This document shows positions 50,910-63,834 of a stretch of 64,000 nt of DNA, in pieces. Made by a program: the position numbers and the translations under genes. Positions within the stretch are counted from its first letter, which is position 1, and each line of letters starts with the position of its first letter. A model generated the notes under the pieces. The model was not told where the DNA came from. It did no database searches and saw nothing but the letters and a program-made list of their open reading frames with translations. The stretch lies in contig NC_068991.1 in the NCBI RefSeq assembly GCF_001194135.2, positions 35,207,411-35,271,410 on the forward strand. Direction: 5' to 3'. The stretch comes from Octopus bimaculoides (lineage: Eukaryota).

Positions 50910-52779
50910 AACAACAAACAAGATGAGGACAAATATCCGTGAAATGTAAATAATGTAAAATTTATATGTTTAAAAATTTATCAAAAACATAAAAAACTAA
51001 CAAAAAAGTATTCAAATTTCAGATTACGATTGACATTTTTGTAGAAATTAATTTTGTATTCAGAATTATAAACTGCCCATTACAATTCTAGTGTGTTAGT
51101 TTATATTTCTATATTCTTTCTTTTCCACTGTTTTTTTCTCCTTGGATAAATTTTTTTGCGATTTGGCACTTGTTTGGATCTGTCATAATCAATGTATTCT
51201 TCACAACAGAATTAAATGTATTGTGGTGTGTGAGCTATTCTCATTGTTATATCTCCTATATTCCTGGAACTATCATATTTATTTATGTTCCATGTTAAAC
51301 AAAACTGGATAAAAAAAAATCTCAAGAATTGTTTGCTGCAATGATTCAATTCCTACTTAACTCCATGAGTTCAGAAACAATTGCCTTTGCAGTGTTGAAT
51401 GGAAACCAAACAATAGATACAAACTGAAACTAAAATAGCAGAATGAGGTAATCTTTTGACCTTCTGGCTTGGATGATGCCAATGAATTGATTGGTAATGA
51501 ATTGTTCTTGTGTCTGTAGGACATTACAACTGTGAATCATGCTTGGTTTCAGCAGATTACTTATTGCAGAATGAATCTAATTACTGTAAATGATTTAGTC
51601 TAGCACTTTTTGTTATTCTGTCTCTGGAGTTGGTAAACTTTTTTGAGGGTAGGCTAGATTGAAAATGTTTGTCTTGCCAGCCAAAAACAAGATAAAACCA
51701 TTATCACGCAAGGCTATTGAAGCAGTTTGTTTTTAATTATTTTAATGTTTTTTTTTATTATAAACATCTAACATAGAATAAAATATGTTTTTCACAGATG
51801 ATATAATGAATAATGAAAGGAGTAGGCGTTTCTTAAGAATGTAACTTCAGTTAATTACATTTATAAAAATATTTTTGTGAAGCCATAGAAAATATTTTTG
51901 TCAAGCCATAGAAAATATTTTTGTCAAGCCAATGAATTGGAACAATGGAAATAATGTAATACTAGAGATATAACAGTATGATATGGGAAAATAATAGCTA
52001 CAATTTATTCAAGACAGTTGTCACACTATATAATGGCACAAGTCAGAGTTTACCAATCCTTGCTCTAGCATAAATTCTGCTTAGTCTACATGATAATGTA
52101 TATTTATGGTCTAATGACAACTGTATGTAGGGCAAAGGAGTTAAAGCTATAATCAGTGATATAAAGATTGTGTAGACCTTTTACTAACAGCTGCAACATC
52201 TTAACTGAATTCTGTTAATTGAAACTTGCACTTAAAATTACCATCTATCAATCATTTCTATTAAATGTATTAGTATATTTTTCTTTTATCCATTTTAAGT
52301 GCCACTTGTGAAAAAAGTTATCAACAGCTGAAAATTTGATTTCCTTTTAACCGTGTGACATTACATTTGTAATGTCATATAGCTCTTATAGCACTGATGA
52401 TGAATTATAGTTGATTCAGCAATTTTTAAATGTTACCTCTATAAAGTAAATTAGATGTCAGGTGGAGATATTAATAGTAATCTTCTTGAATGCAATGTTA
52501 TTAATCTAAGATTCTTTGATATAATTTTTCTTATACATCACTAGAGTTCCTGAGAAATTTATGAACATCATTGTCCTCTGTTACTGAAGATGGCTGATTA
52601 TATAATGAATAAATATCATAGTAAGCTCATGGCTAGCTAATTCTGGTTATCATTCTTTCTTAAAGATATTTTAATTAATTTTCATCTCTGATGTTCCTGG
52701 AAATGCTGCTACTGTCATAATATTAACTTGCATTTTTGTTCTACTTGAACAAAAAATAATCAGAAAGCAGATAAGACTC

Positions 52780-53985
52780 TCTTTCTGTCAGGTAAATGGC
52801 CCTGCTCAATATGTAGGAAAGGAGTTGGAAGTAATTTGTTGCACCCAGTGTAAGCTATGCACACATAAGAGGTGCAATGGAATCTCAGGTAGATTAACAG
52901 ATGAAGTCATCTTTGTATGTGGCAGATGTGCAGGACCAATAAGCACTAAGGGCATACAGGACTTAGACTGTCTCAAATGCCCAGGAGGTTCTCTTGAGGT
53001 TGTAGATAGTTTCTGTTACCTAGGTGACCAAATTAGCTCTGGAAGTATTGTTTCTAGAATAAGAATAGGATGGAGGAAGTTCAGAGAGCTATTACCTCTG
53101 TTGGCAACAAAAGGCCTCTCTCTTAGAGTGAAAGGTAGATTGTATGATGCTTGTGTGTGAACGGCTATACCCCATGGTAGTGAGACATGGGCCTGAATGC
53201 ATAAGACATGCATAGACTAGAGGGAATTGAAGGCAGTATGCTCTGTTGGATGTGTAACATCAGTGTGTATGTATGACAAAGTGTAAATGTGTTGAGAGAA
53301 AAGTTGGGCATAAGAGCAATCAGATTCAGTATGCAAGAGAGAAGACTATATTGGTTTGGACATGTAAAGCATATAAATGAAGACAGCTGTATAAAGTGTT
53401 GATAACTGAAAGTGGATGGTGCCTGTGGAAGAGGGAGACCCAGGAAGACATGGGATGAATTGGCGAGGGCCGGTCTTAGATTGTTGAGCCTCATGGAAGA
53501 AATGACAATGGATTGAGATGTCTGGCGGTATGAGGTTTTTCAGAAGACCTGCCTATGTCAACAAAACTGTTCTAGAAGTGCTGTGTTCTACCCACATGTA
53601 ACAATGAAACTTTTCATACACCCTGTCCCAACAAACCAAACTACATCTTTCTCACATTTCCTCTTCATGCACCAGGCTTATCTCTCACTCCCCAATCCTG
53701 TCCTCATGGCCCTTCTCACTATATCCTTGCTATCCTGTAGTCCCCCACCTCCTCTATATACCCAGGTTTTCTCCAGTCACTGCACTTCTCTTGGCCCTTA
53801 TGCTTCCTTAGCAACACACTGCCACTTCACTACCCTCTCTCTCCTGCTCTGTCTTGCACTCTTGCTGTCTCCAACTCCCTCCCTACCCCTCACTTTTTCT
53901 TTCTCTAGCTCTTCCCTCAGGTTGGATAGCCATGTATCTCCTTTACAGCAGCACACCTCTCTCTCTCTCTTTCTCTCTCTCTCTT

Positions 53986-54069
<84 letters not shown>

Positions 54070-54518
54070 ACTGGCCACCATGTACCTCCTCTACAGTAAG
54101 ACACCTGTTTCTGTCTCTCTGTCACACTCAAACCTTTTGGCACAAGATCACCTCTTCTAGTTCCCCCTCTCCTCTCAAAGGATCTTAGTCTTGCAAGTTA
54201 CTTGGTGACACTGTTTTGACCCACAAAAGGCATCCAGTTCACACTGTAAAGTGGTTGACATTTGGAAGGGCATCCAGCTGTAAAAACCATGCCAAAACTG
54301 ACCTTGCCTGTGCTTAGGCCATGTAAAAAGCACTCTGTTCACTCTGGTGGGTGGTTAGTATTTGGAAAGGAATCCAGCTGTAAAAATGCCAAAGCAGACG
54401 CAGCAATCTGGTGCAGGCTCCTGCCTGGCCAGCACCTGTCGAACCATTCAATCCATGCCATGATGATGATGAAATCTGAAAGCCCCATGCCATGATGATG
54501 ATGATGAAATCTGAAAGC
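52780..54518 (+). mobile_element. 5'-truncated degenerate RTE LINE with PHD-like finger, pyrimidine-rich UTR, (CT)n and duplicated tail
   Basis: CTQCKLCTHKRC...FVCGRC, VVDSFCYLGDQISSG...RIRIGWRKFRELLPLL...KGRLYDACV and GRGRPRKTWDE. Tail ends (GAT)n. Confidence 0.88.
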
Positions 54519-55883
54519 TTTAGTATTTATTTTCTAACAGCTTGTACATATTTTGTATGATAATTTTCACTGAAAATTATATATTCTTTGTTTTTTATTT
54601 GACAAACATTTCCTTTTTTTATGATACTCTGTAATACATGAAGGCATTAGGGTTGAAGAAGTGGAGGCCTTTGAATTAGCATGTGAACAAAGAAATAATT
54701 CTTGACTCTGTTGTTTGAAACCAGGTTCAATAGAAATTTATTATTCTGCTTTACTTTTGTGGAGCAGGTTTCTTTGTATTGTGATCTTTTAAACAGATTT
54801 ACTTTTTAATGTCAAAACTGAATGTTTAATCTTTTTATGGGTCTAATAATTAAGTGGACTACTGTTTCTAAAGTGTTTGTTGTTTAGTTCATAAATAAAC
54901 CTTGTTCTTTGATTATAATAATTTTACATTTTAATGTCTTATTCTGTTTTATGTTGCACATTATATTTGTAATTTTGAAAATTTGCAATATTTTATTGAG
55001 CCAGAATTGCTACCACTTTACATATGTGTCCTAGAGTCAGATGTAACTGATATATCTCCAAATCACTTATTGTAAAATGGTAAAAGGAAAGACGCTCAAT
55101 TATAAAACCAGACATAATTCCATATTTCTAGATAGTTCCCAAAGGAAACATGGTTCTGTTTAACAAACCCATTCCAGTGATATAAATACAAAAAAAAACA
55201 GAAATAAACTGCCCCCCCCCCTATTTTTATTCTTTTACTGGTTTCAGTTATGTTTGGGCTGCAGCCATTGTAGGACATTATCTTCAAGGCTTGTACTTAA
55301 TTGTTACAACCTCAGTACATTGCCTGGTACTTTTTTTCTCAATCTTATAAAGGATGAAATGCTAAGTTCATTTCAATATAATGGGATATATCTTGGACTG
55401 AATACCACAATGGGAATTTGTTCAATGTACTGACTTAACCACAATCCTTGTTGATGCATATATATATCCCTTTANNNNNNNNNNNNNNNNNNNNNNNNNN
55501 NNNNNNNNNNNNNNNNNNNNNNNNNNNNNNNNNNNNNNNNNNNNNNNNNNNNNNNNNNNNNNNNNNNNNNNNNNNNNNNNNNNNNNNNNNNNNNNNNNNN
55601 NNNNNNNNNNNNNNNNNNNNNNNNNNNNNNNNNNNNNNNNNNNNNNNNNNNNNNNNNNNNNNNNNNNNNNNNNNNNNNNNNNNNNNNNNNNNNNNNNNNN
55701 NNNNNNNNNNNNNNNNNNNNNNNNNNNNNNNNNNNNNNNNNNNNNNNNNNNNNNNNNNNNNNNNNNNNNNNNNNNNNNNNNNNNNNNNNNNNNNNNNNNN
55801 NNNNNNNNNNNNNNNNNNNNNNNNNNNNNNNNNNNNNNNNNNNNNNNNNNNNNNNNNNNNNNNNNNNNNNCAGGCAGGGAAAC

Positions 55884-55884
<1 letters not shown>

Positions 55885-55929
<45 letters not shown>

Positions 55930-58426
55930 GAGTTTGTATGTGTATGTGTGTGCATATCTTTCTTATGCATTCAAAAACGGAGTTGCCGATTTTGTTGTAT
56001 GGCGTATCAAAAGATTCAGTAATCTTACAATTACCAAATAAACCTCATTTTCATTTACATATTTGCATTACTAAAATTTTACATTATAATCTTTTCTATA
56101 AGTCAACTTTTGTAAACATTTTATACGACAATGATGAAGACATGACATTTTCTGTACAAGTGTGTACCTTAAAAAACATTCATTTCTCTACATGTTAGGA
56201 GGAAATACAATCACTCTCTCTTTCACATGCATATGCACACATATATACAAAAAAGATGTATGCATATGTATTTATGTATGTGTATATGAAAGATGTGTGT
56301 GTGTGAGAGAGAGACCGAGTAAGTACCACTGATACGTACATGACAACACATACCTTTACTCTCTCTGTCTCCTCTCTGTATCTCGCATACACACACACAC
56401 ACACACACACACACATCCATTTTATATACATGTACATACATCTTTCACTTTCTCCTCTCACTTCAAAGCAAATGTTGCAATTTCACCTCTTTCAATTTCT
56501 GCTCTCTTCAAAGCATAAAGAAATAAAAAAATTTTGCAGAATTTAATGAATACATTTGAAACCTGAGTTGCTGATTTTGACGTATGGGGTATCAAAAGAT
56601 TCAGTAATCTTTCAGCTAACAAATAAACTTTATTTTCATTTACATATTTGCATTACAAAAATTTAACATTATGATCTTTCTATAATTCAGCTATCCTAAA
56701 TGACATTTTATACCTTGACAACAATGTGACATTTTCTGTATGAGTGTGTACCTTAAAAGATATCCATTTCTCTATATGTTATGAGGAAATACAGTCACTC
56801 ACTTTCTCTTTCACATGCACGTGCACACATACATACAAAAAAGATGTATGTATATATGAAAGATAATGTGTGTTTGAGAGAGAGAGAAAGAGTGAGTGAG
56901 TGCTACTAACACATGCAAAAAACTACATACATGACAACACACACCTCTTCTCTCTCTCNNNNNNNNNNNNNNNNNNNNNNNNNNNNNNNNNNNNNNNNNN
57001 NNNNNNNNNNNNNNNNNNNNNNNNNNNNNNNNNNNNNNNNNNNNNNNNNNNNNNNNNNNNNNNNNNNNNNNNNNNNNNNNNNNNNNNNNNNNNNNNNNNN
57101 NNNNNNNNNNNNNNNNNNNNNNNNNNNNNNNNNNNNNNNNNNNNNNNNNNNNNNNNNNNNNNNNNNNNNNNNNNNNNNNNNNNNNNNNNNNNNNNNNNNN
57201 NNNNNNNNNNNNNNNNNNNNNNNNNNNNNNNNNNNNNNNNNNNNNNNNNNNNNNNNNNNNNNNNNNNNNNNNNNNNNNNNNNNNNNNNNNNNNNNNNNNN
57301 NNNNNNNNNNNNNNNNNNNNNNNNNNNNNNNNNNNNNNNNNNNNNNNNNNNNNNNNNNNNNNNNNNNNNNNNNNNNNNNNNNNNNNNNNNNNNNNNNNNN
57401 NNNNNNNNNNNNNNNNNNNNNNNNNNNNNNNNNNNNNNNNNNNNNNNNNNNNNNNNNNNNNNNNNNNNNNNNNNNNNNNNNNNNNNNNNNNNNNNNNNNN
57501 NNNNNNNNNNNNNNNNNNNNNNNNNNNNNNNNNNNNNNNNNNNNNNNNNNNNNNNNNNNNNNNNNNNNNNNNNNNNNNNNNNNNNNNNNNNNNNNNNNNN
57601 NNNNNNNNNNNNNNNNNNNNNNNNNNNNNNNNNNNNNNNNNNNNNNNNNNNNNNNNNNNNNNNNNNNNNNNNNNNNNNNNNNNNNNNNNNNNNNNNNNNN
57701 NNNNNNNNNNNNNNNNNNNNNNNNNNNNNNNNNNNNNNNNNNNNNNNNNNNNNNNNNNNNNNNNNNNNNNNNNNNNNNNNNNNNNNNNNNNNNNNNNNNN
57801 NNNNNNNNNNNNNNNNNNNNNNNNNNNNNNNNNNNNNNNNNNNNNNNNNNNNNNNNNNNNNNNNNNNNNNNNNNNNNNNNNNNNNNNNNNNNNNNNNNNN
57901 NNNNNNNNNNNNNNNNNNNNNNNNNNNNNNNNNNNNNNNNNNNNNNNNNNNNTTTTAGCTTTTCGAAAGTGGGTAGGTGATGGGTGGGCAAAGTGGGGAT
58001 AGGGGCATTGAGTGTTTTTTAAAGAAAAATTAAACTTTAGAAAAAAATATATTTCTCAGATCTGTAATCACTTTATTTTTCTACATGGATAAAAAAAAAA
58101 AAACAATTCATAAAAAAGTTACAAATTATGAAATTGCAGTGGGGATCGGGGGAAACTAAAATTTTGAAAATGTGATTTCTGGGCAAAATCATATTAACTC
58201 CCTCTTAAACGATGAAACAATACATAGTTTGTGATATTTCTTAAGAACAGAAAGCACTTTCATGCAAATTGTACCCTCCCCTCTTCACTTTTAAACAAAG
58301 AATAACTTCCAGTAATCCAATTCACTATATATCAGCGCTGTGCTGATTCTGCCCATAAGAAAGGAACAAATAACACAATATGGCTGTAGGTCATAACACC
58401 CTGGCAACACCGGGATGCATTACTAG
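55885..58426 (+). mobile_element. Non-autonomous Helitron with ~585-bp internal tandem duplication (spans a gap)
   Basis: 5' TCTGTATATA...AAAGAGAG. Duplicated blocks at ~55980 and ~56565. 3' CCTGG-CAACA-CCGGG hairpin then CTAG^T at 58423-58427. Confidence 0.7.
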
Positions 58427-58428
58427 TA

Positions 58429-60535
58429 CAGTAGATCCCACTTTATAAATCCACTGATAATAAATCCATCCATTTAATGTATCCAAAATGGGTTGGCATG
58501 GAATTTTTACGCATAAAATCTCTCGTTTAATAAATCCAAACCATCGCTTAATAAATCCTATTGTCACTGTTCCTTCCTAAAGTTTCAACAAGTGGCAGTG
58601 AATGAATGAAGTGCTTATTTTTTCACTCTTAAATACTGACTGGTAGGCTCTAGCAGCCACAGCCAGCCAGCTGTCATGTTGTACATTCTATCATTCAAAA
58701 ATAGATCAATAAATATGTGGTAGTTGGCAGTGGCTGCTGGAGTCTAACATACAACCTTGTCATTCAAGCAAAAAAGTAGGCTCCGAGACACCTCTTGTCA
58801 AAATTGTGTGCCCTTCTCATTTGTTGCATAATGGTGTGTACCACATGACAGCTGGCTGGTTGTGACTGATGGAGCCTACCTGATAGTATTTAAGAGCGAA
58901 AGAGATGCGTCATTAGCCATTCATGCAGAGAGGCAGACATACGCACAAGTTGTTCAAAATGAAAAGAGAGGCAGGACAAATCCATGGCAGAAAAGATTCA
59001 ATTGTTAGAATGTTACAAAGCTCTTGGGAAAACAACTCAGTGGGAAGTAGCACAGAGTTTAGGAATTTCAAGAGGTCTGCTCCAGAATTTGCTAAAGAAT
59101 GAGGATGACCTTTGTGCCAAAGAACATGATGGCTGTTCATCAAAGAGAAAGCGCCAGCAAGAGGGAAAAGACCAACAGACAGACTGTGCTCTCTACAATT
59201 GGTTTCAATTTATTCACTTGAGAAATGTCCCTATCAATGGCCCGATTTTAATGCACAAAGCCAACGCCATTGCTCAAGCTGGTAGACACGATTTTAAGGT
59301 ATCCAAAGGTTGGTTTTGCTGTTGGCAAAAAACTCATGGAATCTCTCTTACGGTTCTAAAAGGTAAGCATTGTAGTTCACTAGTTCACATTTTTCTCTTT
59401 AGAGAACACAAACTAAACATCTCGTACTTTGCAGGTGATGGAGCTGAAGCTGGCATCGACAGCCCATCAATTTCGTGAGACAACCATGCAGCTTCTGCTA
59501 AAATCGTATCAGCCACAGGACATCTACAATGCTGATGAAACTGGGATCTACTTTCGTGCATTACCAGGAAATACTTATGTCTATGAGAGTTGCAAGAAAA
59601 CTGTGAGAGGCTTTAAGACGGCACAGAACCATGTGACCTTGATGGTGGCCTGCAACATGAATGGAGACAAAGAAGACCTGCTCCTAATTGGAAAGGCTGG
59701 TTCACCAAAATGCTTTGAAAATGTCAAAACGCTTCCGATTCAGTATGACTTTTCAACCAATGCTTGGATGGCAGACAAAATCTATGGAAGTTGGCTCAGA
59801 TCTTGGGATCATCGTTTGCAGGAATCTGGAAGACAAGTGGTGGTCCTACTTGACAATTGCTTTTCTCATGTAGTCATCGATGATCTCAAGAATATCACTT
59901 TAAAATTTCTTCCTCCCAACACAAGGTCAGTGCTACAGCCCTGTGACATGGGGATAATCAAGACCTTGAAAGTCTACTTGAGACAGGAAATGCACGAGAA
60001 GATCATTGACGTTATGGAAGACACTGAATGTGACATTTTTGCAAAGCAGTTCACCATTTTGGATGCCAAGTACATGTTAAGTGTAGCTTGGAAAGAGGTC
60101 TCTAGCCAGACAATCAAACATTGTTGGATCAAAGGCGGTTTTGTTTCAGCTGAAGAATCAAATGAAGCCATAGATGTTAACAAAGATTTGATCCTGCCTT
60201 CACTGCCTACTGGATTGACCAAAAAGCAATTCGAGAACTGGTTGTCTGTAGATGATGGGGCTGTTGTTGCTCCAGAGATCATCACTGAAGAAGAAAAACT
60301 AGACGAGATCATTCATGACATTCTGCAATCTCAGAAGGAAACCAGAAGAGAAGATGGCAATTCCAATGTTGATGAAAGAGTTCCGGAGCCTCCAACACCA
60401 GTTGAAATGAGATGCTATCTAACTTGATTAGAAAGTGGCCTTGAAAGTTTTGATTTCAGTGACATGACTCTTTTTAGAACACTTAAGGAAAAAAATCAAT
60501 GCAGAGTTGCAAACAAAGCATCTACTAAAGTAAAC
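58429..60535 (+). mobile_element. pogo/Tigger DNA transposon (right end in gap)
   Basis: TA followed by CAGTAGATCCC terminal sequence. ~55-bp internal inverted repeat at 58626-58680 / 58843-58895. Confidence 0.85.
58984..60427 (+). pseudogene. pogo/Tigger transposase (CENP-B HTH + DDE_1, DD30D) with a 72-nt intron and one frameshift
   Basis: LYNWF...VPINGPILMHKA...FKVSKGW (HTH_CENPB). NADETG, LLDNC and QPCD catalytic residues with 30 aa between D2 and D3. Intron 59363-59434. Frameshift near 59460. Confidence 0.9.
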
Positions 60536-60759
60536 NNNNNNNNNNNNNNNNNNNNNNNNNNNNNNNNNNNNNNNNNNNNNNNNNNNNNNNNNNNNNNNNN
60601 NNNNNNNNNNNNNNNNNNNNNNNNNNNNNNNNNNNNNNNNNNNNNNNNNNNNNNNNNNNNNNNNNNNNNNNNNNNNNNNNNNNNNNNNNNNNNNNNNNNN
60701 NNNNNNNNNNNNNNNNNNNNNNNNNNNNNNNNNNNTAAAAATAGATGTGTGTATTTTTC

Positions 60760-62850
60760 CCTTGTTAACAACACAGAAAAAATAGATAAATAGTTACCAG
60801 GGTAGCAAAAGATCACACAAGTAAAAAGGTTGTAACTCCTTGTTTTTAAAGGTAGAAACTCCGGGTTTACATGAAATATTTTGTGTAGTATATATAAATA
60901 AATAAATGGAGTTAAATGCAGGTGTTATTCAAATTCTTTTACTTCTGACACATGTTTCAAAGATATCACTGGTATTATTCCAAAGGAATAAAATGGTGTA
61001 AAACAATGTAACCTTCTCTTCAGGGAAATGAAGAAATGAAACTCGTCAATAAGACATTTTAATAGAAAATGATGGATGTGTATAGTGATTAAGTTTGTTT
61101 TAAAAAAGCGTTAGAGGACATAACATCAAAGGTAGCTTATAGAAAGAGGAGGGGTAAAGGAAGGAAAAAAACCAAATAAGTGAGAAGTATATAACGATAA
61201 GTAAATTAAATAAAACCCTAAAGTCTTGGAAAAAGATATATCTAGTGAATGTGAAATGTAAGAAGAAAATTAATGTTTAAATTATATATAATGATAGATA
61301 TCACTTATATGAACTAAAGGTGTGTTTCTGCCAATGTTTACATCGGTATGCACACTCTATAACCATGTTTACAAAGGGATTTTTAGAAAAAAAGAATAAA
61401 AAATAGTTCAGAATTACAGAGAAGACAGAATTCCTTGCTTTTATCATAAGGTATCGAAATTGAGAGAATCAACCAATTTAAATTAAATTGTTTATTGTGG
61501 TCTTTTAGATACCAAATTAATTTACTAAGCCCTGTACTGTTATGTTTATTCCTATCCCTAAATGTAGAGTAATGATTAGAAATTCTTTTTGATAACTGAG
61601 AAGATGAGCTGCCAATATAAAAAAATATTTCATTACGAGAAGTAATTTTACACTGGTATATAGAATATTTAATTTTAGAGTTACTTAACATAAACTTGAT
61701 TCTGTTGTAATTGATTTCAGATACAATAACCTTGTTATCAATATTTCCAGGGGGATGGATGGTATTAGCTAAATTAATGTTGGTATTAGTAAATGTATCC
61801 TTATCTAACTGGCTAATATTATGTGAGGAAATAATTTGTAAGAGATTTTTTTGTGTTAGAAAAACCAATCCAAACCGTGTGTGAGTTGATAATAGAGTAA
61901 TACCTAGAATTCTTTGGAAAATTCCTAATAATAGCTTCACGAAACTGCAAAGGAAGATTAGATTTAATTTGCCTCCCATAAGGAATAATTGACCAAATGG
62001 TTTTTACTATTAGTTACCTTATTTTCAGTGTAACTATCTTTGAAAGACATAGTTTTACCTTTAGAACAGAAATAGGGGTTTGGATAAGGGTTATCTCCCT
62101 TCCTCTGTTTGGTATTGGCGTATAAATTAAAATTGATATCGTTTATATCCTTACAACTAGATTTCATATCTCCATTAGTAAAAGTAGAATAAGATTGAAT
62201 GGAATTTAATGTAGGTAACTTTCTCTATATAACCTGCTTTAAGTATGGCAGAGTTATAAAATTCGGCCTTATCATTGAAAATGTCAACATTAGCAGATGA
62301 CTTAGACAATCTAAATGAAATATTCTTAACTAAGTTCCTAGTAATTGCCCTAGAATGATTACTGAATTTGCTAATATACTTAAAATTGGTCATTGGATTG
62401 TGGTATGGGAAGTACGAATTATTGTGTAGGTTAAGTGTAATATCTAAAAAGTTGGCCTTCGTTATATCATCATCAAAAACGATGCTTAAGCCCATTCTAC
62501 GGAAAAACTTAACTAAACTATTCTTAACTTTTTCGTTAGAAACATTTTGAAGGTAAAGTAAACAATCATCACAATATAGACCTCCATTTATGTTTGGGAA
62601 CTGTTCTGCCATTTCAAAAAGTATATATATACAGACTAAATCAGCTACTTGTGTTGAATCAGAACTTCCCATTGTAATATCAAAACCATCTGGTGTGTCT
62701 TTACGGACCCACAACTTATTGTCAAACTTTATGATAGATTTTCTGGCGGCCAACACATTAATTTCTTCCCTGGTGAGACCAGCTTTGTTATGAGCAAGCC
62801 AAAGTGCCTTATTAAGTACTATTGGGTTGATGGATGAATATATATATATA
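60760..62850 (-). mobile_element. Degenerate Penelope-like element (MGSxD type, related to the 9500-12190 element)
   Basis: FDITMGSSDSTQVADLV, GGLYCDDCL, GIY-YIG IYQCKI...YIGSSSS...KRISNHYSTF...GLSKLIWYLK and CLLCNSE. 5' part runs into gap. Confidence 0.9.
60941..61029 (-). ncRNA. Type I hammerhead ribozyme with extended helix II loop
   Basis: ATTTCC-CTGAAGA-GAAG-[loop with TTATTCC/GGAATAA hairpin]-CTTT-GAA-ACATGTGT-C-AGAAGT. Core intact, GUC site, one mismatch at the base of helix I. Confidence 0.7.
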
Positions 62851-63217
62851 TTANNNNNNNNNNNNNNNNNNNNNNNNNNNNNNNNNNNNNNNNNNNNNNN
62901 NNNNNNNNNNNNNNNNNNNNNNNNNNNNNNNNNNNNNNNNNNNNNNNNNNNNNNNNNNNNNNNNNNNNNNNNNNNNNNNNNNNNNNNNNNNNNNNNNNNN
63001 NNNNNNNNNNNNNNNNNNNNNNNNNNNNNNNNNNNNNNNNNNNNNNNNNNNNNNNNNNNNNNNNNNNNNNNNNNNNNNNNNNNNNNNNNNNNNNNNNNNN
63101 NNNNNNNNNNNNNNNNNNNNNNNNNNNNNNNNNNNNNNNNNNNNNNNNNNNNNNNNNNNNNNNNNNNNNNNNNNNNNNNNNNNNNNNNNNNNNNNNNNNN
63201 NNNNNNNTATATATATA

Positions 63218-63722
63218 CAAGGGTGAGTCAAAAAGTAATGCCATTTTGTTTAGGACAGGTATAATTACCAACACAGGAACATGTATCATACATCAAAATG
63301 AAGCTGGTCCTCTGTGGATCACATCCCTACTTCTCAACATAGTCAGCATTTTTTTCAATAGCAATGTTCCACCTTCGAATGAGAGCATGTATCCCTGCTC
63401 CGTAAAATTCTGTTGATTGTTCTTTGAGACACTTCTTCACTACAGTTTTCACTTCCTCATCACTGGACTATCATCTCTTCAGCCCCATGAAAGAGGGCTT
63501 GAGAGGCAAACATTAATCCAGTGATGAGGAAGTGAAAAGTGTAATGAAGAAGTGGCTCAAAAAACAGTCAACAGAATTTTACGGGGCAGGGATACATGCT
63601 CTCATTTGAAGGTGGAACATAGCTATTAAGAGAAACTGTGATTATGTTGAGAAGTAGGGATGTGATCCACAGAGGACCAACCTGTCCTAAACAAAATGGC
63701 ATTACTTTTTGACTCACCCTTG
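63218..63722. mobile_element. Fold-back mariner MITE made of two right ends
   Basis: Perfect TIRs of over 40 bp CAAGGGTGAGTCAAAAAGTAATGCC..., TA TSD. Both arms carry the C-terminal transposase sequence (HLFSPMKEGLRGK...EEVK...KKWLKKQSTEFY...RW...DYVEK*). Confidence 0.9.
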
Positions 63723-63726
63723 TATA

Positions 63727-63760
<34 letters not shown>

Positions 63761-63834
63761 CCGGAGTAAGCACATGAAATGTGCAACAAGGTGGAAAAAA
63801 GAGTACTCAAATACCAGAGGTAGAGTAATATGCG

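Larger units (their letters stand above)
49671..50960 (+). mobile_element. Penelope-like element with inverted terminal repeats carrying a tRNA-like module and hammerhead; body in gap
   Basis: Arms 49671-49971 (-) and 50662-50960 (+). 50560-50682 encodes RKLKEAAHMLGHNNLLSRPSADMNSIWEPVLRKDRKIIDL*, typical of a PLE GIY-YIG C-terminus. Confidence 0.8.

Noticed and set aside
58984-60427. Domesticated TIGD/JRK host gene
   Set aside because: Terminal repeat with TA target site and a frameshift point to a transposon copy, although domestication is not formally excluded
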